From assembly GCA_963707985.1 (NCBI GenBank), contig CAVPRW010000042.1, positions 160,001 through 224,000 on the forward strand: a stretch of DNA of 64,000 bases, given 5' to 3'. The position numbers and the translations under genes were made by a program. Shown in pieces: positions 1 through 11,188 of the stretch. This DNA is from an uncultured Nitrospinota bacterium. GTDB taxonomy: Bacteria; Tectomicrobia; Entotheonellia; J063; CAVPRW01. The notes under the pieces were generated by a model. It ran no database searches, was not told where the DNA came from, and saw nothing but the letters and a program-made list of their open reading frames with translations. Position 1 is the first letter of the stretch, and every line of letters starts with the position of its first letter.

Positions 1-673
1 GGACTATTGGCGCTCACTCGCTCCTGCTTTACCCCTGTTTGAGCGCATTGAACTCCAGTGGCGCCTGGAGAGGGTTCGCCACGAGTCGGTGTCAGCGTCC
101 GTCTGGAAGGAGTTGGCGGCGCAAAGCGAGCAGTTGCTGGAGATGGCGGACTACCTGACGATCTGGATGCATCACTGGATTGGCCTGGCCTGTGCGCGTG
201 CTGGGGAAACAGCCAAGGCGCAGCAGCAGCTCGATCGACTTCGCAGCCTCCCCGAGGGGCGCCCAAGCGGCTTCTGGTCGACCCTCGGGGCGGATGTGCT
301 CGCAGGTGAAATGGCGCTCATGCGGGGCGATGTTGACACCGCTGTGCAGCTGATGACCCCCATGGGGCAGTGTATCCACGACATGGGCGGCGGGAGTCGA
401 GAGCAAAAAGACATTTTTCAAGACGTCCTGTTGGAACTGCAACGGCACCTCGGGCATGCCGAGGCGGTGATCGAGCTGGCGCAGCGACGCTTACAGCGCA
501 ACCCCAACCACTTCCAGTCGTTGGCGGCGCTGGCCTGGGCTTATGCGCAGACCGGGAACACGTCTCTGCAACAGCAAACCTACCAAGAGATCATGCACAG
601 GGCTGCGCAGATGCCGGTGTCTGCGCAAGTGCCGGCGTTGGTCGAAGCCCGTGAGGCGTTGCAGACAACCTAA
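1..673 (+). CDS. TPR-repeat protein (TTC38-like), 5' end outside window
   Basis: Frame is open from base 2. Helical TPR-like sequence with 'LQWRLE' and 'MGGGSREQKDIF' motifs typical of TTC38-like proteins. Confidence 0.65.
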   Translation, partial: DYWRSLAPALPLFERIELQWRLERVRHESVSASVWKELAAQSEQLLEMADYLTIWMHHWIGLACARAGETAKAQQQLDRLRSLPEGRPSGFWSTLGADVLAGEMALMRGDVDTAVQLMTPMGQCIHDMGGGSREQKDIFQDVLLELQRHLGHAEAVIELAQRRLQRNPNHFQSLAALAWAYAQTGNTSLQQQTYQEIMHRAAQMPVSAQVPALVEAREALQTT

Positions 674-699
674 ACAACACGAGAATGGAGGGGAGAGCG

Positions 700-2280
700 A
701 TGGCACAGACCATTTCGCTTCAGGCGCTGCAAGAGCTCCTAGAGGGCAAGGGGCAATTCGCCCTCATCGACGTCCGGGAGCCGGGTGAGTACAACAGTAC
801 CCACATCCCTGACTCCAGTTTAATCCCGAGACGGCAACTGGAATTCCAGATGTCCACCGCCGTGCCGGTGCAGAACACCCAGGTCGTGGTGTGTGACGAC
901 GATGGGCGGCGGGCCAACCTGGCCGCCGCGACCCTGGAGCGCATGGGGTACACCAACGTGGCCGTGCTTGATGGCGGTATCAATCGGTGGGCCACACAGG
1001 GCTACCCCACCGAGTGGGGCAGCAACGTCATCAGCAAAGACTTTGGCGAAAAGATGGAAGTGCTGCACCACGTCCCGGAGATCGAGGCGACGGAGCTGCA
1101 CGAGCGCATCGCCCGGGGCGACAAGCTGGTCATTCTTGATACCCGTACCCCCGAAGAGTATCAGCGCTTTTGCATCCCCGGCGGGCGCAGCGTGCCGGGC
1201 GGTGAGCTGGCCCTGCGGATTACCGACATCACCAAAGACCTGGACAAAGATACCACGGTCATCGTCAACTGCGCTGGCCGTACCCGCAGCATCATCGGCA
1301 CCAGGGTCTTGCAGCGGATGGGGCTGACCAACGTCTACGGGCTCAAGAACGGCACGTCAGGCTGGGTGTTGGCCGGATACGCGTTGGAAACGGGGGCTGA
1401 CCGGTTGGAGCTGCCCGAGCCATCCCCGGAGGGCCTGGCCGCCGCCGAAGCCTATGCTGACCGCCTGGCCAGCGAAGATGGCGTCCGCTACGTGGATATT
1501 CCTACCCTGCAGGCGATGCTGGGCAAGCGAGACCGAGACACGGCCTACTTCGTCGACGTGCGCACGCTCCAGGAGTATGAGCAGGGGCACATCCCCGGCT
1601 TTCGGTGGTTCCCCGGCGGACAGGTGGTGCAGCGCTCCGACGACGTGCTGGTGGTCAAGCACTGCCCGGTCGTCTTTGCCTGCGACAAAAAAGCCCGGGC
1701 CACTTTCATTGCGTCCTGGTATCGCCAGTTTGGTTTTGAGGAAGTCTACGTGGTGCAGGGCGGCACGACGGCCTGGGCCGCCGCTGGCCTGGCGCTGGAG
1801 CATGGGATGGTGGAGCCGACGCCCTTTGGCCTGGCCCAGGCCAGGGAGCACGTGCAGTTCCTGTCACCCCAGGAGTTACAGGCCTCTCAGCCCCCGGTGG
1901 TCCTGTGCGTCGACACCAGCCAGGACTTTGCCAGAGGCCATGTGCCTGGCGCTCGCTGGGTGCCACGAGGCTGGTTGGAATGCCAGATTGGTGACCTGGC
2001 GCCGTCCAGGGATACCCCCATTGCCGTGACCAGCCATGACGGGCGGAACGCCACCCTGGCGGGTGCCACCCTGAAGGAGTTGGGCTACCAGCACGTGGCG
2101 GTGCTGGAAGGGGGCATGGTCGCCTGGCAGCGGGCCGGGTTCCCGGTAGAAGAGGGACTGTCGGGTGTCATGCGCCCGCCAACCGACGTGGTGCTTTCCG
2201 GGCCGGATCGCAACTTCGCCGACATGATGCATTACCTCCGCTGGGAGACGGCCCTGGGAGAAAAGTACGCCACACACTGA
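700..2280 (+). CDS. Four-domain rhodanese / sulfurtransferase
   Basis: Four repeats of D(V/T)R..EY...HIPG-type motifs, active loop CAGRTRS in domain 2, LxGG..W motifs; RBS GGAGGGAG upstream of ATG 700. Confidence 0.9.
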   Translation: MAQTISLQALQELLEGKGQFALIDVREPGEYNSTHIPDSSLIPRRQLEFQMSTAVPVQNTQVVVCDDDGRRANLAAATLERMGYTNVAVLDGGINRWATQGYPTEWGSNVISKDFGEKMEVLHHVPEIEATELHERIARGDKLVILDTRTPEEYQRFCIPGGRSVPGGELALRITDITKDLDKDTTVIVNCAGRTRSIIGTRVLQRMGLTNVYGLKNGTSGWVLAGYALETGADRLELPEPSPEGLAAAEAYADRLASEDGVRYVDIPTLQAMLGKRDRDTAYFVDVRTLQEYEQGHIPGFRWFPGGQVVQRSDDVLVVKHCPVVFACDKKARATFIASWYRQFGFEEVYVVQGGTTAWAAAGLALEHGMVEPTPFGLAQAREHVQFLSPQELQASQPPVVLCVDTSQDFARGHVPGARWVPRGWLECQIGDLAPSRDTPIAVTSHDGRNATLAGATLKELGYQHVAVLEGGMVAWQRAGFPVEEGLSGVMRPPTDVVLSGPDRNFADMMHYLRWETALGEKYATH

Positions 2281-2488
2281 GGAGAGAGATGCCAGTGACT
2301 GCACCCAGGGACGATGCGCAGGTCCTGAGGTGGTGGAGGACCACAGTGAACGTACGCTGGTGGTCTAGGGAGAGGGGACCACCGCCCTCATTATCACGTA
2401 GCTCTGGCGTAGCCTACCAACAGACGCAAAACCTGGAAGCGCCGGCCACACGCGGGACGGGTGCGGCCGGCAATAAGGAGTACGGCAT

Positions 2489-3073
2489 ATGACCACGGTA
2501 ACGTATGCGTTAGAAGAATTTGTCCATGACATGGAATCCCTGCTGCGAGACCAACCCGACCAAGCGAAGATTTTTGACGTCGGTTCGGCCTGGCTGAAGC
2601 GTCTGATCGGCAATCCTGACAGCATTCCGGAACAGTACCGGCTCCCCGCCCCCAACGGCCGCCGGTCGAACCACGGTTCCTATCTACTGTATCAGGGCGA
2701 CAGTGGTGTGTCGGTAACCGCCGTCGTTTGGGGTCCCGGCGAACACCTCGGCCCTCACGACCACCGCACCTGGGGCATGATTGGCATCCTTGACAACACC
2801 CTCACTGAGACCCGCTACCGGCGAGTGGATGACCGTTCCAAGGCGGGCTTCGCCCACCTGGAAAAGGACCGCTCCGCCAACTTCCGGCCCGGTGAGATCA
2901 CCCTGTTGGTCCCCGATATCGACGAGATCCACCAGATGGACAACCACACCAGCAGGCCCACCGTGGAAATTCACTGCTACGGGACGGACCTAAGGAAGGT
3001 CGATCGCTCGAGATACGACCTCGAGACCGGCAGGATCATCGACTTCAGGTCCGCGAAATACGACAACTGTTAG
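2489..3073 (+). CDS. Cysteine/thiol dioxygenase type I family (cupin)
   Basis: VWGPG...PHDH.TWG, IHQM and EIHCYG motifs (3-His Fe site); RBS AAGGAG. Confidence 0.85.
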   Translation: MTTVTYALEEFVHDMESLLRDQPDQAKIFDVGSAWLKRLIGNPDSIPEQYRLPAPNGRRSNHGSYLLYQGDSGVSVTAVVWGPGEHLGPHDHRTWGMIGILDNTLTETRYRRVDDRSKAGFAHLEKDRSANFRPGEITLLVPDIDEIHQMDNHTSRPTVEIHCYGTDLRKVDRSRYDLETGRIIDFRSAKYDNC

Positions 3074-3172
3074 ACCTGCACGTCTGCTTTCGTGCACACA
3101 TCACACATCCCGACGGCTGAGGAGCCGCCGGGATGCCGGCGCAACGCACACCACATGGAATGAGGGAGCAGC

Positions 3173-4388
3173 ATGGCGACGACGAAAGAGGAAGGTGCAC
3201 TCCCTGATTTTTTGCGCATGGACCAAGCGGTCAGTTCGGACCCGGCCAATGCAACGAAGACCGGTAACTGGTACGGTTGGCCCACCAAGGAGATCAAGCC
3301 GGTCACTTTAGTGGACGACGAGGGCCGGACCGTCCGGATCAGGACGCCGGTGATGGACCTTGAGGGGCTGATCACGCCCACTCACCTGCATTATACCGTC
3401 CAACACTTCGCGGTGCCGCCAGTGGTGGAGACCGACACCTGGGAGCTGCAGATTGTCGGTGAGGTCAAGAATCCGCTGACGCCTCAACTTCGACCAGTTG
3501 CGGCGCTTCCCCGGTCGCAGCGTCCGCACCGTCATGGAGTGTTCCGGCAGCGACGCCACGTTCTTCGAGTACTTCAAAGGCGAGGGGCCCAAGCCCTCCC
3601 GCACCCAGGAATGTATGATCTTGAGCGCCAGTGAGTGGACCGGTGTGCCTCTGGCCGCCGTGCTGAACGAGGCCGGCCTCACTGCCAAGTCGCTTTACGT
3701 GAGGGCCGAGGGCAACGATCTCGGCGTGCCAGCCACGGCCGCCAAGGGTACTCAACCCTTCTACTACGACAAGGGATTGCCGATCCAGAAGGCGCTCCAC
3801 CCCGACACCATTCTGGCCTGGGCGCAGAACGGACAGTTGTTGGAGCACCTCCACGGTGCCCCGGTGCGTCTGTTGGTGCCCGGCTGGTCGGGCAACTGGT
3901 CGGTGAAGTGGCTCAACCAGCTGGAAGTCTTGGAAAAGGAGCCGAACTGCTGGTACCACTACCAGTTTTACTACTATGGCAACTCGCCCGACGACCCCCA
4001 TAAAGAGCTGATCACCACCATCGGCGTGAAGTCCATCATCACCCAACCCAACGACGACACCGAGACGCTGTCTCCCGGCGTCCATATGATCAGGGGTTAC
4101 GCCTGGAGTGGCGCCGGCGCCATCGACCAGGTGGAGGTGAGCGTAGACGGCGGGGACACCTGGCAGTCCGCGCACATCGAACAGCCGCGCGACCGTTTCA
4201 TGTGGGTCCGCTGGTCGTACCGCTGGGACGTGCGCCAAAAGGGCAAGCACATCCTCATGTCGCGGGCCACCGACGAGGTCGGCCGCGTGCAGTCGCGGGA
4301 ACCGCGCTACAACAATATGCGTAAGAACTTCAGCGCCATTGTGGGCTACCCGGTCACGGTGGAGTACGCAGCCCGGTCACAGTATTGA
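3173..4388 (+). CDS. Sulfite oxidase family molybdoenzyme (SorA-like), +1 frameshift near 3482
   Basis: ECSG Mo-ligand Cys, HGAPVRLLVPGW.G..SVKWL and GYAWSG...VEVS.DGG motifs; joins ORFs 3173 and 3498 if one C is removed. Confidence 0.85.
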
Positions 4389-4418
4389 GAGGACGAACAG
4401 CGCCGGTCAGAAAATGCC

Positions 4419-4467
4419 TTGACCGCTTGAGAGGGGTGTGATAGAAACGTTTGCGTAAACGTTTTCA
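4419..4467 (+). promoter_or_regulatory. Sigma70-type promoter (TTGACC-17-TAGAAA) overlapped by tandem AAACGTTT palindromes
   Basis: -35 at 4419-4424, -10 at 4442-4447; AAACGTTT at 4445-4452 and 4457-4464 resembles LacI-family operators. Confidence 0.45.
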
Positions 4468-4786
4468 TCCCTGAAGCGGGTTGTGGCGCGGTGTAAAAGA
4501 TGGTGTAAAAGATGAGGAGGTGCATCGACGCGACCCTCAATCCGTCTGGGATGCCCGCCGAGGGTGGGGATACTCCTGCGTGTCATACAACGAGGAGCGG
4601 CTGCACTAGGCGCTGGCCTTAGCACTCGTGCAGCAGCGTACTGGGGTTGAAGGCTCGTCTCCTGACGAATGGCTACGCACAGGAAGTCTATGAAGGACCC
4701 AAACGTCACGTATCGTCGCCGAAATGTGGTCTTGACCATAGGGTATCCTTCATTATGTCTACAATGCTTACAAAGGAGGGCAAGTA

Positions 4787-6197
4787 ATGACGACCCAAAA
4801 AGAAGACATCGCCCTGATGGCGCACTTGATGCGCCGGGCCGGATTTGGCGCCTCGCGGGAAGAGTTGGAAGCGCGTGCTGCCAAAGGGTACGAAGCGACA
4901 GTGGAAGAACTTTTGCACCCAGAGGCGCAACCACCCCTGGATCGCAACGAAATGATGCGCTACCACCCGTGGACCTGGCGCCCGGGGACGTTGCCGGGCA
5001 TGGGGGCCGCGGAGTGGTTGCACGACATGCTCAACACCAGGCGGCCCCTGGAAGAAAAGATGGCCCTGTTTTGGCATCAGGTGTTCGCGACTGGGGTGTC
5101 CAAGGTCGATCATTACGATGATGTCATGGACATGATCGTCAAGTTCCGTGACAAAGGGATGGGGGACTATCGCGAACTCCTCATCGAGATGGCCAAAGAC
5201 CCGGCGATGATCTACTGGCTGGACAACTGTGAAAACCACGCGATGGCGGTGAATGAGAACTGGGGACGCGAACTGCTGGAACTCTTCAGCATGGGGGTGG
5301 GCAACTACACGGAGACGGATGTGCGTGAGTGCTCCAGAGCGTTCACGGGGTGGACCATCCTGCCCAAGCTGCCCCGCGGCCCTATCGGCCGCCACGACTG
5401 GTTCTTCGAGTATCGGGAAGAGGATCACGACGACAGTGAAAAAACCTTCCTGGGGGTGACGGGGAATCTGAACGGCGAGGACATCATTCGCATCATTTGC
5501 GAGCAGCCGGCCACCCCACGGTTTGTCGCCCGGCATCTATACAACTTCTTCGTGGCTGACGAAGCGCAAGTGCCGGCCTGGTCGGTGACGCCGCCCCGGG
5601 ATCCGGCCGCCATCGATCTCCTGAGCACGACGCTCGTGCACTCCAACTACGACATCCGCTCGACCTTGCGGGTGCTGTTCAATGCTGACTTTTTCAAAGA
5701 GGCCCGCTTTGCCAAACTGAAGAGCCCGGCAGAGGTCGGTCGTCGGCACCTTGCGGTTGGTGGGCGGCAGTGCATTTCCGGCTCCCGGCCTCGGCAACCT
5801 GTCGCGTCAAGCCGGCTATATGGGGCAGGATCTGTTGAACCCCCCGAGCGTCGAGGGCTGGCATACGGGTGTCGAGTGGATCAACAGTGGGTCGTTGATG
5901 CAGCGGGTGAACTTTACCGCTGAACTGGTGGGCGACGTGCGCCGCCCTGGCATTCAGGCCATTCTCGATCGTCTCCAGGCCCAGGGGACCCGGACCACCG
6001 CCGAGGTCGTGGACAGCTGCCTCGACTTGCTCGGTCCGCTGGAGGTCTCCCAGGGAACCCGTGCGGGGCTGATCGGTTTTAGCGAAGAAGGCGGGGATTT
6101 TCGCTGGGACACCGCGGAGCACATCCAGACCTCCACGGCCCGGGTGTCCGAACTCCTGCAGTTGATCGTGGCCACGCGTGAATACCAGTTTGCCTAA
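4787..6197 (+). CDS. DUF1800 family protein, frameshift near 5738
   Basis: HLMRRAGFG, EKMALFWH, PAMIYWLDN, NENWGRELLELFSMG and PPSVEGW motifs across two overlapping ORFs. Confidence 0.85.
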
Positions 6198-6215
6198 ACA
6201 CAGGAGGACGTCACA

Positions 6216-7347
6216 ATGACGAGCACCAGCAAAGCGCCGGTCCTGGTGGTACTCCAGCTCACCGGAGGCAACGATTACCTCAATACGGTCATCCCCTATA
6301 CCAACCCTCTCTACAGGGACTACCGGCCTGTGGTCGGCATCCCCGAGGACCAGGTGCTCCCCCTGGACGACAAGGTGGCGTTCCACCCGGCGATGGGGCC
6401 AATGAAACCCCTCTACGAGCGTGGGGACATGGCCATTATTCACGGTGTGGGGTATCCGAACGCGCCGCGCTCGCATTTCCGTTCCATGGACATCTGGCAT
6501 ACCTGCGAGCCGCACAAGCTGGGCACTGAGGGATGGCTGGGTCGGGCGACCCGGGACATCGATCCCCACAAAGAAAACGTGCTCACCACCGTCAGCTTCG
6601 GGCCGTCGCTGTTCCGGGCCCTGACGCTCCCCGGCGTGCCGGTGGCCTGTGTGGACAATCTGGACAACTATGGCTTGCTGCCTGGCGTCTCCGAACAGCG
6701 GCAGCGCAGCCGCATTCTGCAGTGGTTTGCGCATATGTACTCCCCGGCGATCGGCAGTGGCGCCGGTCATGGACTACCTGGGCCAGACAGGTTTGGACAC
6801 CTTGCAGGGTGCCGATATCCTGAAGGACGCGCCGAAGATGTACGCGTCGACCGTGCAGTACCCGGAAACGCCCATCGCCAAGAAGTTGAAGGGCATCGCC
6901 CAGGTGCACATGGCCAATTTTGGCACGCGCATCTTCTACTGCGACCACGGCAGCTTCGACAGCCACTCGAACCAGCATGGCATGCACGACAAGCTGTGGA
7001 AGGACGTGTCCGAGGGTGTCGCCTGCTTCTTCGATGACCTGAAGGAGCATGGCGTCGGCGACAACGTGATCATGCTGATGTTCTCTGAATTCGGCCGCCG
7101 CACCCGTGACAACGGGTCGGGCACCGACCACGGTGCCGGTGGGGTGGCCTTTGTCCTGGGCGAGCGGGTCAAGGGCGGTCAGTACAGCGAGTTCCCCTCC
7201 ATGAAGAGCCGAGGATTTGGAGCAAGGCGACGTGGTCCCCAACCATGACTTCCGGGGCCTGTATAGCACGATTCTGGAGGACTGGATGGGGCTGGACGCC
7301 AAGCCGCTCGTCGGTGGGACGTTTGAAAAGCTCGCGTACCTCAATAG
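6216..7347 (+). CDS. DUF1501 family protein, frameshifts near 6762 and 7210, end approximate
   Basis: LVVLQLTGGNDYLNTVIP, RSHFRSMDIW, FSEFGRR..DNG.GTDHG and DFRGLYSTILEDW motifs; follows DUF1800 as is usual. Confidence 0.85.
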
Positions 7348-7548
7348 CAGAGCACAAGGGATTGGGGGCGGTCGCTCGCCCCCGATCCGCATTGGCATGT
7401 CAGTGCGGGTGACGTGTGCGTCACCTGCGTGGAGCAGACGCCAGTGGCGGGGACAGTCGCCGTCGCAGCACCTGGCGAGGCGCCATGGCCGTACGCGGGG
7501 CCGGTATGCAGCGACTGACCGCAACTGCCAGGCGTATGGAGGAGTGTC

Positions 7549-8613
7549 ATGCTTACGGAAACGGTCGCAGGACGAACCTATGACTATAGCCACAACGTGG
7601 GGCGCGGCGCCCAGACCGGCATGGGGTTTAACAACCCGGTGGCCCTGGCCCTGGATGCGGACGGCGTGGTGTACGTGGCCAACCGAGGCAGTGAGAGCAT
7701 CAGCAACGTGCCGTGGGATCGCACCGGGGTCGGCCAGCGGATCAGCAAGGTCTCCCTGGGCAGCCAGTCGGGAGAAGAGGAGTACCTGGGGGAGTTCAGT
7801 CGGTACGGGAGTGCGCCAGGCCAGTTGATCTGGCCGGCGGGTCTTGTCGTGGATGCGCAGGGACACGTGTACGTCACCGACGAATGGTTGAACCGGGTAT
7901 CTGTCTTCGACAGAGAAGGCAACTTCTTGTCCTGTTGGAACACCGTCCAGAGCGGCGACAGCGAACCTAACAGCGCCTCCGGCATCGCCATCGATGCCAA
8001 CAGCACGCTGTTCGTGACCGACGGTCGCAGCCACAAGGTGCGCAAGTTCGCGACCGATGGGACGTTTCTGGGCAGTTGGGGTCGCCTGGGCAGTGGCGCC
8101 GGCGAACTGGATTCCCCCTGGGGCATCACCGTGGACGACGAGGGCTACGTGTACGTCGCCGATCACAAGAACCATCGGGTGCAGAAATTCACCAGCGATG
8201 GTGACTTCGTGGCCCAGATCGGCGGCCCTGGCACCAAGCGGGCGTCGCTGTCGTTTCCGACCGACGTGGCCGTAGACTCCGACGGCGACGTGTATATCTG
8301 TACATGGAACAAGAACGCCTGGGACCGCGGTCGTATTCAAATCTTTGACGCGGCAGGTCGTTTCCTTACCGGTCTGGTCGGCGACGCGCAGCAGCTCTCC
8401 ACGTGGGCCGAGATGACCGTGGCGGCGAATACGGACTATCTCAAGCGCCGTCGTGAGGTCCGGAGTACGGAGCCGGAGTGGACCTTTGCCCAGCCCACCG
8501 CCGTGGCGTTCGACGCCGCGAATAGCCGCCTCCTGGTGGCGGACACGCAGCGCAGCCGCATTCAAATCTACAACAAGTTCTCTGACTACCTGGTACCCCA
8601 GATGAACCTCTAG
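7549..8613 (+). CDS. NHL-repeat beta-propeller protein
   Basis: Repeated P.GI.VD..G.VYV.D..NHRVQKF...G.F units. Confidence 0.9.
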   Translation: MLTETVAGRTYDYSHNVGRGAQTGMGFNNPVALALDADGVVYVANRGSESISNVPWDRTGVGQRISKVSLGSQSGEEEYLGEFSRYGSAPGQLIWPAGLVVDAQGHVYVTDEWLNRVSVFDREGNFLSCWNTVQSGDSEPNSASGIAIDANSTLFVTDGRSHKVRKFATDGTFLGSWGRLGSGAGELDSPWGITVDDEGYVYVADHKNHRVQKFTSDGDFVAQIGGPGTKRASLSFPTDVAVDSDGDVYICTWNKNAWDRGRIQIFDAAGRFLTGLVGDAQQLSTWAEMTVAANTDYLKRRREVRSTEPEWTFAQPTAVAFDAANSRLLVADTQRSRIQIYNKFSDYLVPQMNL

Positions 8614-8780
8614 GTAGAGGACCCACCGGTCGCTGCGGGAAGCGGCACCACCGGTCAGCGCCGTCAGGGGCGGACTGGTGGTGCGCCCCTGAGGCGGCGT
8701 CACGGATGGCGGTGCGGTCGGGTGATGCACCGTTGCGCAGAGCAGACCGCTGGTCACACAGGAGCAAGGAGGTCGTCGCG

Positions 8781-9708
8781 ATGAAAAAAGTCATGAGCGA
8801 AATCAGTGGTACTGTGTTCAGCCTGCCCTGGTTGATCGCCAAGGACCAGGGGTTATTCGAGGCCGAGGGCATCGATATGGAGTTCGTGCGAGCCCGCGCG
8901 AGTGGAGCGGTGACGCACACGGAGAACCCCGAAGAGGTCAACCCGATCTTAGGCCACGTGGCCTTCGAGGAAGCGCGGGTCTCCATCTACCGGGCTTGAG
9001 AGGAAGGACAGGTCCGGCGGGCCTATGAGAGCAAGCAGGGAGCAAAGATTATTGCCCTTCGTTCCGCGGTGGTGAGCCAGGCGATCATGGTGCGTCCGGA
9101 TTCGCCGCACAACTATCCTGGGACCCTGGGAAACAGACCGGTCGCGGTCCAGTTCCACGCTGGGTCGCATTACGTGGCCCTCCGCCTCCTAGAGGGGTAT
9201 CTCCCCCAGGACAAAGATTAAGTTGGTCCACTACGGCTCGCCGCAACAGCGCTTCGAGGCGATGTGGACCGGTGAGGTGGATGCCTGTGTCGTGATGGAG
9301 CCCTGGATTGCCCTGGCCGAAAAGCTGGGATGCAAAGCCGTTTGCGAGGGGCACTACCTGGGTGCTGAAAACGCCAGCGACGATATGGACCCGGAGACTT
9401 TCGCGGCCATCAATCGCGCCGTGGCCAAAGCCGTGGACATGTTGAATGCCGACAAGCGGAAGTATCTGCACTATCTGATCGAAGATCCGCGCATGGCGGC
9501 GGCCCTGCAGAAGTATGGCGGACTGACCCCGGACGATTTTCACCTCCCCCGGCTGCGCTATTCGTACACCACGCCGTACACGGACGAGATCGTGGAAGAC
9601 ACGTACCACTGGATGGTGCGGTGGGGGCTGCTCAACAGTGCCGCCTGTTCCACCGATCTGGTGGACAACCGTCTTCCCGCCGCGGCGACCGCGCCAGCAG
9701 CTGACTAG
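8781..9708 (+). CDS. NitT/TauT-type solute-binding protein, probable selenoprotein (UGA 8997-8999), +1 frameshift near 9214
   Basis: LPWLIAKDQGLFEAEGID N-terminal motif; the frame continues past UGA (EEGQVRRAYES...VAVQFHAGSHY) and a hairpin follows the UGA. Confidence 0.8.
9010..9024 (+). other. Candidate bacterial SECIS hairpin
   Basis: AGGTCC-GGC-GGGCCT, 6-bp stem, loop starts with G after a 16-nt spacer from UGA 8997. Confidence 0.6.
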
Positions 9709-9709
9709 C

Positions 9710-10473
9710 CCGCGGAGCCGTATGCACCAACAGCATCTCAGCCGGCCGGGGGTTCGCCTCGGATCGTCTGGGAACTGCGCAAGCTGGGCATTGACGTGGC
9801 CACATCGCCGGTGGAGAAGTATCGCGTCCGATCGCCAAGGCCGTCGTCTCCTACGTGGAAGACCTTTTTAAAGAACCATGTGCAGGACCTCGTCGCGCTG
9901 GAATTCTTTGTTGTGCTGACGGTCACCCCCCAGGTGCTCTTTGTCCGCGTGATTCTGGCCCACGAGCAACGGCGGGTCGTCCACGTTCACGTCACCGAAC
10001 ATCCCACCACCGCGTGAATCGCACAGCAGGTCGTGGAGGCCTTTCCGTGGCATGAGGCGCTGCGGTATCTCCGCGGGATCGGGACCACATCTACGGCGCC
10101 TCGTTTCGGCAGCGGGTGCAGCTCATGGGGATCGAAGAGGTGGTGATCGCCCCTCGGAGTCCATGGCAGAATCGTCGAACGGCTGATGGGAAGCATCCGC
10201 CGTGAATGCCTGGACCACGTGATCGTCCTGGATGAGCGACATTTGAGGCGGCTCCTGACCGAATACTTCTGCTACTATCATCACTGGCGCATACACCGGG
10301 CGTTCGCCATGGATTGTCTGATGCCGTGGCTAGTCCAACGGCCAGAAGTTGGACTGATCCGGGAAGTGTCAGAATGGACTGAGTTGCATCATCACAATAA
10401 GCGGCAAGCGGCGCGATGACACAGGCGCCAACCTGCCAGTTCATGAGTGCGACAGGTTTTCGGGACAGACAGG
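9710..10473 (+). mobile_element. Degraded IS with integrase-core (rve) transposase remnant
   Basis: WKTFLKNH...FFVV..LFV...HEQRRVVH..VTEHPT and GSIRRECLDHVIV..ERHLRRLL.EY..YYH motifs, with stops and frameshifts. Confidence 0.8.
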
Positions 10474-10813
10474 TATACTCAGGCGTTGCCGATTGGGGAA
10501 AGACCGCCCAGCAGGCGGTAGGCTGTCGCGGTGAGCGGGTGCCGTCCATGGGACACGTGCTCCGATGATCTCGGAACCGCGAGCGCCGCTTCAGTCCTGC
10601 AGGGACGCGATGGCCTGGTGACCGCTCGTCTCAGTCTTCGCGTCCACAGGATAATCGTGTGATGCGCATCCCGATCATCACGATTATGGTGCTCTCGACA
10701 GGCCGTGCGGGCCTGGTCGTGGGTGTGGCCTGTCGAACAGGGCAGAGAGCCTTACTGTACGGCAGGACGGTTTGGGCGTCGGCGAACGATCCCGAGCGAC
10801 GGGAGGGGGAGCG

Positions 10814-11188
10814 ATGGCACGGATTGCTGTGATGGCGACGTATGGTCCGGAGAACGTGGGGCGCGCCAACGCGGCCTTTCAGATCGCCGCGGCGGCCGTG
10901 GATGAAGGGCATCAGGTCGCCATCATTTTGGAATTGGATGGGACGCTCCTGGTCAAAGATTCCATCATCCAGGACATCCACGGCCTGGGATTGACCCCGC
11001 TGCCTGACCTGTATCCCAAACTGGTCCAGGCGGGGGTGCCCATCTACGTGTGAGACATCTGCGGCGCACCCCGTGGGGTGACAGAGCAGGACTTCCCAGG
11101 CAAGAACGCGGCGTTCCGGCTTCGCTGGGGTACGCTCTGCCCAACGCGAGCTGGTTCGCCGGCGCGGCATTCACGGCGCTCTGCTTGA
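10814..11188 (+). CDS. DsrE/DsrF-like protein, probable selenoprotein (UGA 11051-11053, UxxC); 3' end likely replaced
   Basis: DsrE fold (TYGPEN..RA..AF..A..A...GH.V); read-through gives PIYV-U-DIC-GAPRGVTEQD; strong RBS. Confidence 0.85.
11059..11089 (+). other. Candidate bacterial SECIS hairpin
   Basis: Lower stem CTGC/GCAG, upper stem CACCC-CGTG-GGGTG, loop starts after an 18-nt spacer from the UGA. Confidence 0.75.

Noticed and set aside
6592..8757. 721-aa minus-strand ORF and similar long antisense ORFs (e.g. 5694-6770, 52610-53521)
   Set aside because: Shadow ORFs of GC-rich genes on the opposite strand with no recognisable motifs.
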